From Thermoguttaceae bacterium (GTDB lineage: Bacteria > Planctomycetota > Planctomycetia > Pirellulales > Thermoguttaceae), in assembly GCA_031548645.1 (NCBI GenBank), contig JAVBQX010000014.1, positions 13,392-77,391 on the forward strand: a DNA stretch of 64,000 nt, read 5' to 3'. Under the pieces are notes generated by a model. It worked only from the letters and a program-made list of their open reading frames with translations. It searched no databases and was not told the DNA's origin. Of this stretch, positions 1 to 8,828 are shown in pieces. The position numbers and the translations under genes were made by a program. Each line of letters starts with the position of its first letter. Position 1 is the first letter of the stretch.

Positions 1-375
1 GGTGAACGAGCGGTGCAGGTTACGGCTCAGCGTCAAAATCAATCCGACCGTGTATTCCGAAATCGAGTTGGGCGAATAGGCCGGAACCCGGGCGACGGTC
101 ATGCCGAGTTGTTCCGCCGCAGACAGGTCAACATTATTGAATCCCGCACACCGCAGAGCAATCAGGCGAGTTCCGCCGCTGAAGAGATGAAGCAAAACAT
201 TACCATCCAACTTGTCATTAACAAACGCACAAACCGCCTCATAACTTTCGGCCAACCTGACGGTATGTTCGTTAAGTTGAGTTTCATAAAATTTGAAATC
301 GTGACGTGAATCCTGATTGGCTTCCGACAGGTATTTTTCGTCATACGGCTTGGTGCTGAATACCGCAACTCTCAT
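1..375 (-). CDS. ldhA: D-lactate dehydrogenase / D-isomer-specific 2-hydroxyacid dehydrogenase, N-terminal 125 codons (3' end outside window)
   Basis: Absent from the ORF track because there is no stop in the window. My minus-strand translation from the ATG at 375-373 reads MRVAVFSTKPYDEKYLSEANQ...LIALRCAGFNNVDL...MTVARVPAYSPNSISEYTVGLILTLSRNL. This parallels the E. coli LdhA N-terminus as I recall it (MKLAVYSTKQYDKKYL...IALRCAGFNNVDL...VRVPAY). Confidence 0.8.
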   Translation of the reverse strand, partial: MRVAVFSTKPYDEKYLSEANQDSRHDFKFYETQLNEHTVRLAESYEAVCAFVNDKLDGNVLLHLFSGGTRLIALRCAGFNNVDLSAAEQLGMTVARVPAYSPNSISEYTVGLILTLSRNLHRSFT

Positions 376-730
376 AATAGACCTTTCTTATGTCGTTTAT
401 TCAAATCATGGGAATGTTTGATTAATAAAACTTTCTATATTAACTATAGCATGGAAAATATTAATGACAATATTTGCTTGAAAAAATACAGGCTAATAAC
501 ATTGGCCATGCTCAGGTCACACCTGTGGAAAAATATACGTCACGGAATGCCCGTGAAAACGATCAGAAAAATTCTTATTGCGATACTTCAAAATGGTGTC
601 ATCAGGCGCCATGTGGTGGAATTCGCAAAAATTTGACACTGATGTAATTACGTGAGAAACGGGATGTGGTTGATGCGAACATCACCCCGCTGAACGGGCC
701 ATCCCATTGACGCATTTTTTGCAGAAAGCA

Positions 731-2002
731 TCAATCTTTCAATCGGAACAGTCGCGAGAGGGCGTCGATCAGCAGGCCGGGCACGCCCTGTTTCGCTTCG
801 TCACGCAGCGATTCGAGCGGCGGGTGCAGCAGTTTGTTGATCAGCCGGTCGAAGGCGTAGCGCACTTCGGCCTGTTCCGTTTCGGTCAAATCCGAAAGTT
901 TGTTGAAGAGTCGCTCAAGTTCCGCGTCCTTGATTTCGCCCCAGCCGGTTTGCAGTTTCCGGATGACATGGCCCGTCGCGCGGTGTCGCATTTCGTGCCA
1001 AAAGCGGTCGCTTTCCTGCCGGATGATTTTTTCCGCTTTCGGCAGTTCGCGGTTGCGGTTTGCCCGATTGCGTTCGCAGGCTTCCTTCAGGTCGTCGATG
1101 GCATACAAAAAGACGCCGTCGCGCTCACCGATGGCCGTCTCGAAATCGCGCGGCACGGCCAGGTCGAGCACGAAAAGTGGTTTCCCTTTCCGCTGCGGTT
1201 CGACGGCGAGATAATCGTCAAGCCGCACGACCGGTTCGGACGCGCCCGTCGTGCTGACGACGACGTCGACTTCGGCCAGGTGTCGCACGCGGCGGTCCCA
1301 CGCATCGGTTTGCCCCCGCCACTGCCGGGCGAGTTCCTCGGCGCGTTCGCGACTGCGGTTGATGACCGTCACCGATTTCGCCCCGTGATCGGCCAGGTAA
1401 CGCAGCGTTTCGTCGGCCATTTCGCCCGCGCCGAGCACGAGCGTTTTTTTGTCGTCGAGACGCTCGAAAATCTGCATCGCGAAATCGGCAACGGCGACGC
1501 TCGGGATGCTGACGCGTCGCTGTTGGATTTCGGTTTCCGAGATAATCCGCTTCGCCACGCGGAGCGACGCTTGAAACATGCCGTGCGTGATCGGGCCGGT
1601 CGTGCCGGCTTCGTCGGCGAGTTGATAGGCCGCCTTGACCTGGGCGAGAATTTGCGGCTCGCCGACGACCATGCTGTCGAGGCTCCCGGCCACTTCGAAC
1701 AGGTGCGACACGACCTCGTCGTCGCGCAACAGCCCCAGCGATGGGCGCAGCGTTTCCGCCGGGACGTTTTTCGCCTCGCAGAGGAAGCGACACAATTGTT
1801 CGTCGTCGACGATGCTCCCGTTTTCCGATGCGACGTACAGTTCCGTCCGGTTGCAGGTGGCCAACAAGACGGCTTCGTACATACCGTGTCTTTCGGCCCA
1901 GGTTTGCAGGGTCGCGGCGACCTGTTCCGGTGAAAAAGCGAGCCGTTCCCGCAGGGCGATGTCCGTCGTTTTGTGATTGCAGCCGATCATCGTCAGTCTC
2001 AT
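731..2002 (-). CDS. hemA: glutamyl-tRNA reductase
   Basis: 423-aa ORF with the HemA N-terminus IGCNHKTTDIALRERLAF and the catalytic LATCNRTELY motif. It has a central NAD(P) fold (LVLGAGEMADETLRYLADHG) and a C-terminal dimerisation helix. Confidence 0.95.
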   Translation of the reverse strand: MRLTMIGCNHKTTDIALRERLAFSPEQVAATLQTWAERHGMYEAVLLATCNRTELYVASENGSIVDDEQLCRFLCEAKNVPAETLRPSLGLLRDDEVVSHLFEVAGSLDSMVVGEPQILAQVKAAYQLADEAGTTGPITHGMFQASLRVAKRIISETEIQQRRVSIPSVAVADFAMQIFERLDDKKTLVLGAGEMADETLRYLADHGAKSVTVINRSRERAEELARQWRGQTDAWDRRVRHLAEVDVVVSTTGASEPVVRLDDYLAVEPQRKGKPLFVLDLAVPRDFETAIGERDGVFLYAIDDLKEACERNRANRNRELPKAEKIIRQESDRFWHEMRHRATGHVIRKLQTGWGEIKDAELERLFNKLSDLTETEQAEVRYAFDRLINKLLHPPLESLRDEAKQGVPGLLIDALSRLFRLKD

Positions 2003-3003
2003 GGCGCCGTCACCTCCCGGGATGCGTCTCCCGATGAAGCGGCGTCCGACTCAACCGCGGCCGGTTCGACGGGCGAACCTGTTGACGAATCGTCCAACGG
2101 GGCGATCATGTGCCAATGCGCCGCCGAGGACAGCAGGCCGAAAATCAACATCACGACCAGCGCGGCGAAGCAGGTCAGCGTTACGAAGGCCAAATGACGG
2201 CCCTCACGGGCGGGCGACCATTTTTTGATCGTAACTGCGAACAGCAGCAGGAACAGGAACATGACCAGCGTGACGAGCACCATCAGGTCCAGCGGTGAAA
2301 CGGACAGACGGTGTTGCCGGAGGTTCAATTCGTTGATCGCAAAGCCGGAAAGAATGCCGACGGCGAGCGCGACGATCAAAAAACCGATCAGCCGCGCGTT
2401 GGTCACCTGCAACCATTCGAGCGTCGGCAGCCGCCAGCGCCCGAGCATCGGTCGTTTGTGTTTGAGGTTCGACGCCTGCACGAGATACATGACCCCGGTC
2501 ACGAAACCGAGAAGAATCGTAACCGTCACCAGCAAGAACGAAATGCCGTGCACGATGCGCCAGGTTTGTCCGACGGAATCGGCGGGAAACGGCGAAGTGT
2601 CGGCGAAAAACGTTCCGGCGACAATCGAAATCAGCGAAAGCGGCAACAAAAACAGCCCGAACGGCGTTTTGGGAAAATAAATCGCCAGGTAAAGATATAG
2701 AGCCGCAATGACCCAAGCGACGGCGAAAAGCCAACCCTGCACGCTGTCGAACATGTGACCGTTGCGGAACACGATCTGGTGGTACAGGTAGGCCGAATGG
2801 GCGACCCAGCCCGCGGCGGCAAAGCCGAACATCACCGCCCCCCGGAAGCCGCTGCGGAAAAAAAATCGCGAAACTTCGAGCAACAGCGCCACAAAATAGC
2901 TGGCGGCAAAACAAATGATTCCGACGTTTGAGAACAAGGTGGGATAGGGGCTAGGGAATAGGGAAAAACATTTGACGCACATATCGCTTGCGCCGTTTTT
3001 CAC
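1999..3003 (-). CDS. cytochrome c assembly family membrane protein (HemX/YpjD-like)
   Basis: 334-aa polytopic membrane ORF with an HGISFLLVTVTILLGFVTGVMYLVQASNLKHKRP segment typical of the CcsA-related HemX/YpjD family. Its stop overlaps the hemA start as ATGA (1999-2002), suggesting translational coupling. Confidence 0.75.
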   Translation of the reverse strand: MKNGASDMCVKCFSLFPSPYPTLFSNVGIICFAASYFVALLLEVSRFFFRSGFRGAVMFGFAAAGWVAHSAYLYHQIVFRNGHMFDSVQGWLFAVAWVIAALYLYLAIYFPKTPFGLFLLPLSLISIVAGTFFADTSPFPADSVGQTWRIVHGISFLLVTVTILLGFVTGVMYLVQASNLKHKRPMLGRWRLPTLEWLQVTNARLIGFLIVALAVGILSGFAINELNLRQHRLSVSPLDLMVLVTLVMFLFLLLFAVTIKKWSPAREGRHLAFVTLTCFAALVVMLIFGLLSSAAHWHMIAPLDDSSTGSPVEPAAVESDAASSGDASREVTAP

Positions 3004-3027
3004 TATTCACTATTAGTTTTTAGTTTT

Positions 3028-3969
3028 TCACTCGCTGCACAGCGCAATGCCGGACAGGGTGAGGTAGGGACAGCAAATCGCTTCGTGAAAACGCGACACC
3101 GGGACGAACGCGTCGTCGGGCATCGGTTCCGGTTCGGGCCGCGTCTTTGCGCCGGACGGGGCGATGATCGGCGGGCACGAAACGCCCGACGGATCGGCGA
3201 CGCGTGACGCTTCGGCAATGACGGAGTCGGCTTGCGGGTTGAAATTCGGATTGAGCAGCGCTTCGAGCACCGGGAACGCATCCCCGCCGGTCAGCAGTAG
3301 CAGGGCCTGGTTGTGTCCCTCCTGCGCAAAGGCGAGAAACTGTCGGATGGCCCCGACCATGCCCCAAAACAGCCCCGCTTCAATCGCCGCGGTCGTATTC
3401 CGGCCCGGATAGGCGGGAAAACGCAGGTCGTCCGCTTCAATTTCCGGCAAAAGTCGCGTCGCGTTCTGCAAGGCCGCGGCCGCCGCACGAAACCCCGGCA
3501 TAATGGCGCCGCCGAGAAAACGACTGTCCCCGGAAAGCACGTCGAGCGTCGTTGCCGAACCGATATCGACGATGAGAACCGGCTCCCCCTGCCGGGCGAG
3601 GCAGGTTGCCCCCATCGCGTTGCACAGGCGGTCGAGCCCGACCTTGTCCGGCTCATCGACTTCAACGGGCAAACGAACGTCCCGCTGTGATAAAATTCGC
3701 ACCGCATCGTCCGGGCGATTCGCGAGGAGCCATTGGCACAAGGCCGACAGTCTTTCTTCGTGAACACTGGAAATCAGCCATTCCGTACCGGGCGCCAACG
3801 GACTTTCGCGAAGGCCGAGTTCCAGATGCTGCAAATTCGGAGAATCTTCGACGATCACCTGTCCGGGTTGGGGCAAACCTGCGTTCGGGGCGATCACGCT
3901 TCTCGAATATCGCCCGAACTTCGTGCGGCTGTTGCCGATATCGACGGCAATAAGTTCTTTTGTACTCAT
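3028..3969 (-). CDS. coaX: type III pantothenate kinase
   Basis: IAVDIGNSRTKFG phosphate-1 motif, VDIGSATTLDV, and the C-terminal LTGGDA...PYLTLSGIAL. I placed the start at the ATG at 3969, which follows AGGTGA. The tracked TTG at 4041 lies inside the predicted -10 box. The protein carries an insertion of roughly 60 aa near the C-terminus. Confidence 0.85.
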   Translation of the reverse strand: MSTKELIAVDIGNSRTKFGRYSRSVIAPNAGLPQPGQVIVEDSPNLQHLELGLRESPLAPGTEWLISSVHEERLSALCQWLLANRPDDAVRILSQRDVRLPVEVDEPDKVGLDRLCNAMGATCLARQGEPVLIVDIGSATTLDVLSGDSRFLGGAIMPGFRAAAAALQNATRLLPEIEADDLRFPAYPGRNTTAAIEAGLFWGMVGAIRQFLAFAQEGHNQALLLLTGGDAFPVLEALLNPNFNPQADSVIAEASRVADPSGVSCPPIIAPSGAKTRPEPEPMPDDAFVPVSRFHEAICCPYLTLSGIALCSE

Positions 3970-4040
3970 TTCACCTGCTTTGACTGAAACGACGCGGATT
4001 ACGCACTTGCCCTTTGTGCCTGCTTCTGACGGAACCGTCA

Positions 4041-4068
4041 ATTATATCATACATCGAATGATTGTAAG
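4041..4068 (-). promoter_or_regulatory. putative sigma-70-type promoter of coaX (-35 CTTACA, 16-nt spacer, -10 TATAAT)
   Basis: Minus strand reads CTTACA-atcattcgatgtatga-TATAAT, about 70 nt upstream of the ATG at 3969. The -35 box and spacer core (TTACAATCATTCG) are identical to those of the rsmD promoter candidate at 8541-8568. Confidence 0.4.
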
Positions 4069-4326
4069 CCGCCTCAAAAAAACATTGATTTATGTATAAA
4101 CAGTATTCCGCGGAATTAGCCATTGTTTGCCCACCTTCGAACAAGAATCTCAAAAAACACTTGCCGATAAAATCAATACATTCGAATAAATTGAGAAAAT
4201 CGGCAAAATTTATCTATTTATCACAGTCGCTATCGTCGATAATATACATGACATGCTGCGCGAAATGAGTTTGCGTACATTTTTTCGGCGGCAACTGGGT
4301 TGGAACAGAGGAAGGTGAGGTAGGGA

Positions 4327-5562
4327 ATGTTCAGGATAAAATTGAGTGTAATCGCATTAATAATAGCAGGCTGTGCCATTTTTTCAGGTGCTGAGTCAAG
4401 AGCGGATGGACCGCGTTCGCTTTTCAAAGGGCTGTTCGGCTCATCCAATAAAGGAAACGCCGGTCTCCAAAAGGAGTATTTGCTTGACGAAACCAATGGC
4501 CCTTGGATGGTTTACGTCAAATGTTATGACGGCGCGACCGCGCAGGAGGACGCCAGGGCTTTGGCACTGGAACTTCGTCAAAAACACGGGCTGAACGCAT
4601 ATGTTTATCACAAACCGTTTGACCACACCGAAGGGCTTGAGGAAGATGAAAAAAGCAAGCAGCTGGAACTGCAATTCCGTCAAACGCTGGCAGAAACCGG
4701 TATAGAGGACATGCCGCTGCACATGCCGCGGGTCACCCAAAAAAGAACGACATTCGTCAACGGGAGTTCGTCCGAGGAATATGCCGTCATGGTCGGCGAT
4801 TTCCAGTCGATCAACGACAACGACATCAACAAGGCGTTTGAAAAGATCAAGCGGCTTGAGCCGGATTGCATATACGCGCAATTGAAACGGGACATGGACG
4901 AGGCCAACCAGACGGGCAGCTTCGACAGAACCACGTCGATTGAATTGGTTCGCATGAACATCCGTGAACAAAACAACAACGCCGTCCGCCCGTTGGCCAA
5001 GGCGTTCAAATGCACAAACCCGATTTTGCCCGAGGAATATTTTTCGAATCGCGTGGACGAGTTCGTGCAGAAGCTCAACGAGGATTCGCGCTACAGCCTG
5101 CTGCGATGCCCGGGCAAATACACGCTTAAGGTCGCCGAATATCGCGGCTTTGTCATCGCCGACCCCAAGGGGATCGCTGAGGCGGAAAAGAATGAAAACA
5201 AATTGCACGAAGCCAACAAGCTGGCCATGGCCGGCGACAAGGCGGAAACCGTTTGCGCGTTCCTCCGCGAAAAAGGTTATGAAGCCTATACGTTTCACGA
5301 CCGCACCAAAAGCATCGTCACGGTCGGCAGCTTCAAATCACTGGGCCAAACCGACGGCAACGGCAACGTGATCGAATACAACCCGGAAATCAATGATCTT
5401 TACATGAGATTCGTGTGGAATCCCAAAACGGACACGCAACTGTATCGTACCTCACCCAATGAACTGTTCGAAGTTGGAAAAACCGTCTTGAAAATCCCAT
5501 TGCTGCCCACGCCGGAGACAATGGAAGTGCCGAAGGCTTTCGCCAACTACAACCGGCGGTAA
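4327..5562 (+). CDS. secreted hypothetical protein, possible SPOR-like repeats
   Basis: 411-aa ORF preceded by GAGGAAGGTGAGG. It has an N-terminal signal peptide (MFRIKLSVIALIIAGCAIFSGAES). Segments such as WMVYVKCYDGATAQEDARALALELRQKHGLNAYVY, YAVMVGDFQSINDNDINKAFEKIKRL and AETVCAFLREKGYEAYTF...IVTVGSFKS resemble the beta-alpha-beta-beta units of SPOR domains. That domain assignment is tentative. Confidence 0.75.
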   Translation: MFRIKLSVIALIIAGCAIFSGAESRADGPRSLFKGLFGSSNKGNAGLQKEYLLDETNGPWMVYVKCYDGATAQEDARALALELRQKHGLNAYVYHKPFDHTEGLEEDEKSKQLELQFRQTLAETGIEDMPLHMPRVTQKRTTFVNGSSSEEYAVMVGDFQSINDNDINKAFEKIKRLEPDCIYAQLKRDMDEANQTGSFDRTTSIELVRMNIREQNNNAVRPLAKAFKCTNPILPEEYFSNRVDEFVQKLNEDSRYSLLRCPGKYTLKVAEYRGFVIADPKGIAEAEKNENKLHEANKLAMAGDKAETVCAFLREKGYEAYTFHDRTKSIVTVGSFKSLGQTDGNGNVIEYNPEINDLYMRFVWNPKTDTQLYRTSPNELFEVGKTVLKIPLLPTPETMEVPKAFANYNRR

Positions 5563-5564
5563 AG

Positions 5565-7814
5565 TTGTTGATTATTTTACTTTTCACAAACTGGTTTGCG
5601 ATTTTCGTCGCGGTGCTCGTTTATGCGAATCGCCGCGAGGAATCGCCGTCCGTCTATTGTCGCAAATCGCTCGCGGCCGCCATGCTTTTGTTCTGCGTAC
5701 AGAGTTTCGTATTCACCGAACTCCTGTCGCTGCTCTGCCAACTTCGCGCAATGCCTTTGGCCTTGTGTTACCTGTTCGACACGGCGGTTTTGCTGGGGCT
5801 CATCCTCCGCAAACGTCGCGAATTACCGGCCCTTGTCCGAATGGGACGTGAAACGGTTTTCGACCGATTCGTCGTCATCGGCCTGCTTTTGGTGACCGTC
5901 GTCATTTTGTTGCCGATGTTGTGCAGCGTTTTCCTGTACCCGCCGGGAACCTGGGACGCGATGACCTATCACTTGCCGCGGGTCGAGCATTGGATGCAAA
6001 ACGCCAACGTCGCACATTATCCGACGATGGTCACGCGGCAATTGTTCGTGCAACCGTTCCCGGAATACCTGATTTTGCAGTTCTTCCTGTTCTCGGACAA
6101 CGATTCCTGGGCCAACTTCGTGCAGTGGCTCGGGCTGGCGGGTTCGCTCCTGTTCGTCTCGCTTCTCGCGCAGCTGTTCCGGCTCAATCCGCGCGGACAG
6201 TTTCTCGCCGTGATGTTCGCCCTGTCGACCCCCATGGCCGTCTGCCAGGCGACCGGCACGCAGGTCGACCTCGTGACTTCGTTTTTCCTGCTCGCCATTT
6301 GTTATTACGGCATTCTGCTGATTCGCCCGATTGACGATGACAGGCTTAAACACTGCGTGTTGCTCGGCGTCAGCCTCGGGCTCGGCGCCCTGACCAAGGC
6401 GTCGCTCGCATTGTTTGCGCTGCCGTTCTGCCTTTGGTTCGCGGTGGCCTATTTCCGGTGTTTTTCCCGGCGTCAATGGCTGAAATACGCCGCGCTGGTC
6501 GTCGCCGTTTTTCTCGTGTTCAACGGCCCGTATTTTTACCGCAACGTTTCGCTTTGCGGACATGCGTTCGGCGATCCGGACCTGCAAAACCTGCTCAGGA
6601 ACGAACCGATCACCGTTTCGCACACGCTTTCGAACATCGTGCGGACGACGGCTTCGCAAATGGCCGTGCCGGACGAATCGGTCAACCGCACCTTGTACGA
6701 CGGAGCCTATGCGATTCACCGTGCCGCGGACTGGGATGTCAACGATCGTGGGGCCACATTCGGTGAAACGGAATTTTCCGTCCTGTTCCTCTGCTGCGAA
6801 ACCTGGGTCAGCGCGTTTTCGACGCTCGCGTTTTTTGGGTTGGGTGTCGTGATTTTCGCCTGTCGTGCCGGTTGGCGTTTTAGTGCAAAACACGCAACTC
6901 CGCGACAAATCGCCATCCCGCTTGAAAACCGCAGACCGACGGGTTCACCACACAAGGGAAAAAAAACACGACGCAATCAACAACGTGAAATCGCACAAAC
7001 ATCCGTTCAAAATGCGGTTTTGCCGCCACGATACGCCAACGCCCCATTCGGTTTGACCGGGCTCTACCTGTTGTGTTTGTTCGGCGGGTTTGTAATGTAT
7101 TGCGCCGTTCTCAAGTGGAATCCCTGGACCGGCCGGCTCCTGTTGCCTTGGTATATGGCCGGCGCACCGTTCGTCGCGTTCGTGTTTTCGACCCCCGCGA
7201 ACGACCGTGTCAAATCGCTGCTTTGCTGGTGCTGCCTGGGAATCGCCCTGTCGATCCTGGTGATGAACAGCGCGTATGAACAACTGCAATTTCAACCCGG
7301 CGAAGTGTGGCGGGCGGAAACGGAAGCCCGACAACAAGGCGGCGACGAATTCCCCGTGAGTTTGCCGGACGACTATCGCGAACTTGCACCCGTCGCCATT
7401 TCGGACAAACACGCCGCCGGTTGGAAGGATTTTAACCGGGATCGGCATTTTTATTATTTTCGCGCGCGGGGCGACGTCATGCTCGGTTATATCGTCTTGG
7501 CCGACGCCCTGAAACGCGGCGGTTATCACGACATCGGACTTGCGTTCGAACCGATGAACTCGCCCCATGACCGGGACCCCTGGGAATACCCGATCTTTCG
7601 CCTGTTGAAAAAAGACGGCGTGCCCCACCGCATTGAGCACGTCCATTTTCCGGAATACATGAAAAACGCGCCGAACTTTGACCCCGATTTCACGCCCCAA
7701 GTCATCGTTTCCGGCCTGCATGACGTGACGCCGCTCGAACGGGTGTACGAACTTGGCGAGCCGGTTCCCTGCGGCCTGTTGAAACTGTACCCCGTCCGCG
7801 GGTTAAGAAACTGA
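5565..7814 (+). CDS. polytopic membrane protein, GT-C-like glycosyltransferase (ArnT/PMT_2-like), tentative
   Basis: 749-aa ORF with many hydrophobic helices, starting at a TTG 3 nt after the stop of the upstream gene. It has a periplasmic-loop-like PPGTWDAMTYHLPRVEHW and a soluble C-terminal domain. The function is inferred from overall architecture only. Confidence 0.6.
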   Translation: MLIILLFTNWFAIFVAVLVYANRREESPSVYCRKSLAAAMLLFCVQSFVFTELLSLLCQLRAMPLALCYLFDTAVLLGLILRKRRELPALVRMGRETVFDRFVVIGLLLVTVVILLPMLCSVFLYPPGTWDAMTYHLPRVEHWMQNANVAHYPTMVTRQLFVQPFPEYLILQFFLFSDNDSWANFVQWLGLAGSLLFVSLLAQLFRLNPRGQFLAVMFALSTPMAVCQATGTQVDLVTSFFLLAICYYGILLIRPIDDDRLKHCVLLGVSLGLGALTKASLALFALPFCLWFAVAYFRCFSRRQWLKYAALVVAVFLVFNGPYFYRNVSLCGHAFGDPDLQNLLRNEPITVSHTLSNIVRTTASQMAVPDESVNRTLYDGAYAIHRAADWDVNDRGATFGETEFSVLFLCCETWVSAFSTLAFFGLGVVIFACRAGWRFSAKHATPRQIAIPLENRRPTGSPHKGKKTRRNQQREIAQTSVQNAVLPPRYANAPFGLTGLYLLCLFGGFVMYCAVLKWNPWTGRLLLPWYMAGAPFVAFVFSTPANDRVKSLLCWCCLGIALSILVMNSAYEQLQFQPGEVWRAETEARQQGGDEFPVSLPDDYRELAPVAISDKHAAGWKDFNRDRHFYYFRARGDVMLGYIVLADALKRGGYHDIGLAFEPMNSPHDRDPWEYPIFRLLKKDGVPHRIEHVHFPEYMKNAPNFDPDFTPQVIVSGLHDVTPLERVYELGEPVPCGLLKLYPVRGLRN

Positions 7815-8495
7815 AGTTTGTGCCGCGGCGGGTTTCCGGTAAACGCCGATTTCCGCCGGGGGATAACCGCGGCGGCGAAGATCGTTTTCCTCCGCCAGTT
7901 GCAGCAGCTCGAAGTCAAACCGGTTGTCCGACTCGACGACGAACACGGATTCCTCCGGCGCGTGATCGTACAGGAGTTGTAGCATTTCGAGCGTTTCGGC
8001 CTGTTTGGCAACATAAAAATCGTAAGGCGGCGAACAGAACACCAGCCAGGGCAAATTCGGCGGTAGCGAAAGTTCCGCCGGGTGCCGCGCCATGTAAAAC
8101 GTGTCCGCATGCACCGGTCGGCAACGATCGGTCAGCGCAAGGGCATCGATATTGCCGCGCAGATTTCGCATCGTCGCCAGGTGTTTCTCGATCAGCGTCA
8201 CCGAAACCGCGCCCCGGCTCAGGGCTTCGATCGCAAGGGCCCCCGTTCCGGCGAAAAGGTCGATGACGTGTTTGCCCTTCGACGCGATGCTGATCAAATT
8301 GAACACGGCCTCCCGGGTTCGGTCTTTCATCGGACGCACGCGATTGTCCCCGGCATATTGCAGCTTGCTCCCGCGGAGCCGACCGCCGATGACGCGCAGC
8401 CCCAACGCCTCTTTTTCGCCGGGCTGACTGCCGATGTTGCGGCCCGACGGTTTCTTTTTCATGCTTTTATCTTTTTTGCGGCTGTTCTTTGCCAT
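7803..8495 (-). CDS. rsmD: 16S rRNA (guanine966-N2)-methyltransferase
   Basis: RVIGGRLRGSKLQY...RPMKDRTREAVFNLI and DLFAGTGALAIEALSRGA followed by FCSPPY, which are RsmD family hallmarks. It has a basic N-terminal tail. Confidence 0.85.
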   Translation of the reverse strand: MAKNSRKKDKSMKKKPSGRNIGSQPGEKEALGLRVIGGRLRGSKLQYAGDNRVRPMKDRTREAVFNLISIASKGKHVIDLFAGTGALAIEALSRGAVSVTLIEKHLATMRNLRGNIDALALTDRCRPVHADTFYMARHPAELSLPPNLPWLVFCSPPYDFYVAKQAETLEMLQLLYDHAPEESVFVVESDNRFDFELLQLAEENDLRRRGYPPAEIGVYRKPAAAQTSVS

Positions 8496-8540
8496 AGATG
8501 AGCAAATCTAATATTGTGGCCATGCGTTGAATTTTGTGTG

Positions 8541-8568
8541 ATTTTACACATTACCGAATGATTGTAAA
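8541..8568 (-). promoter_or_regulatory. putative sigma-70-type promoter of rsmD (-35 TTTACA, 16-nt spacer, -10 TAAAAT)
   Basis: Minus strand reads TTTACA-atcattcggtaatgtg-TAAAAT, about 45 nt upstream of the ATG at 8495. It shares TTACAATCATTCG with the coaX promoter candidate. Confidence 0.4.
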
Positions 8569-8828
8569 TCATACGAAATTCACGACACGTAATGATGGAG
8601 CAAAATTGGAAAAATATATTCGCGTAACCGTTTTCACTCGCAAAATTATACACCGCTTCTCCAAAAGATGTAGCGTTTGTTCCGGTTTTTACGCTCTTGT
8701 GTATTAAAAGGCGCTTTTTTTACCTGTTTACAGAATGATTATCCTGTCGATGTACGATGTAAAGAAAATCAGTAAGTGTATTTTTATGCACTATTAATAT
8801 TTTGTGTTTATCAGCAGGGGGCGAGCCC

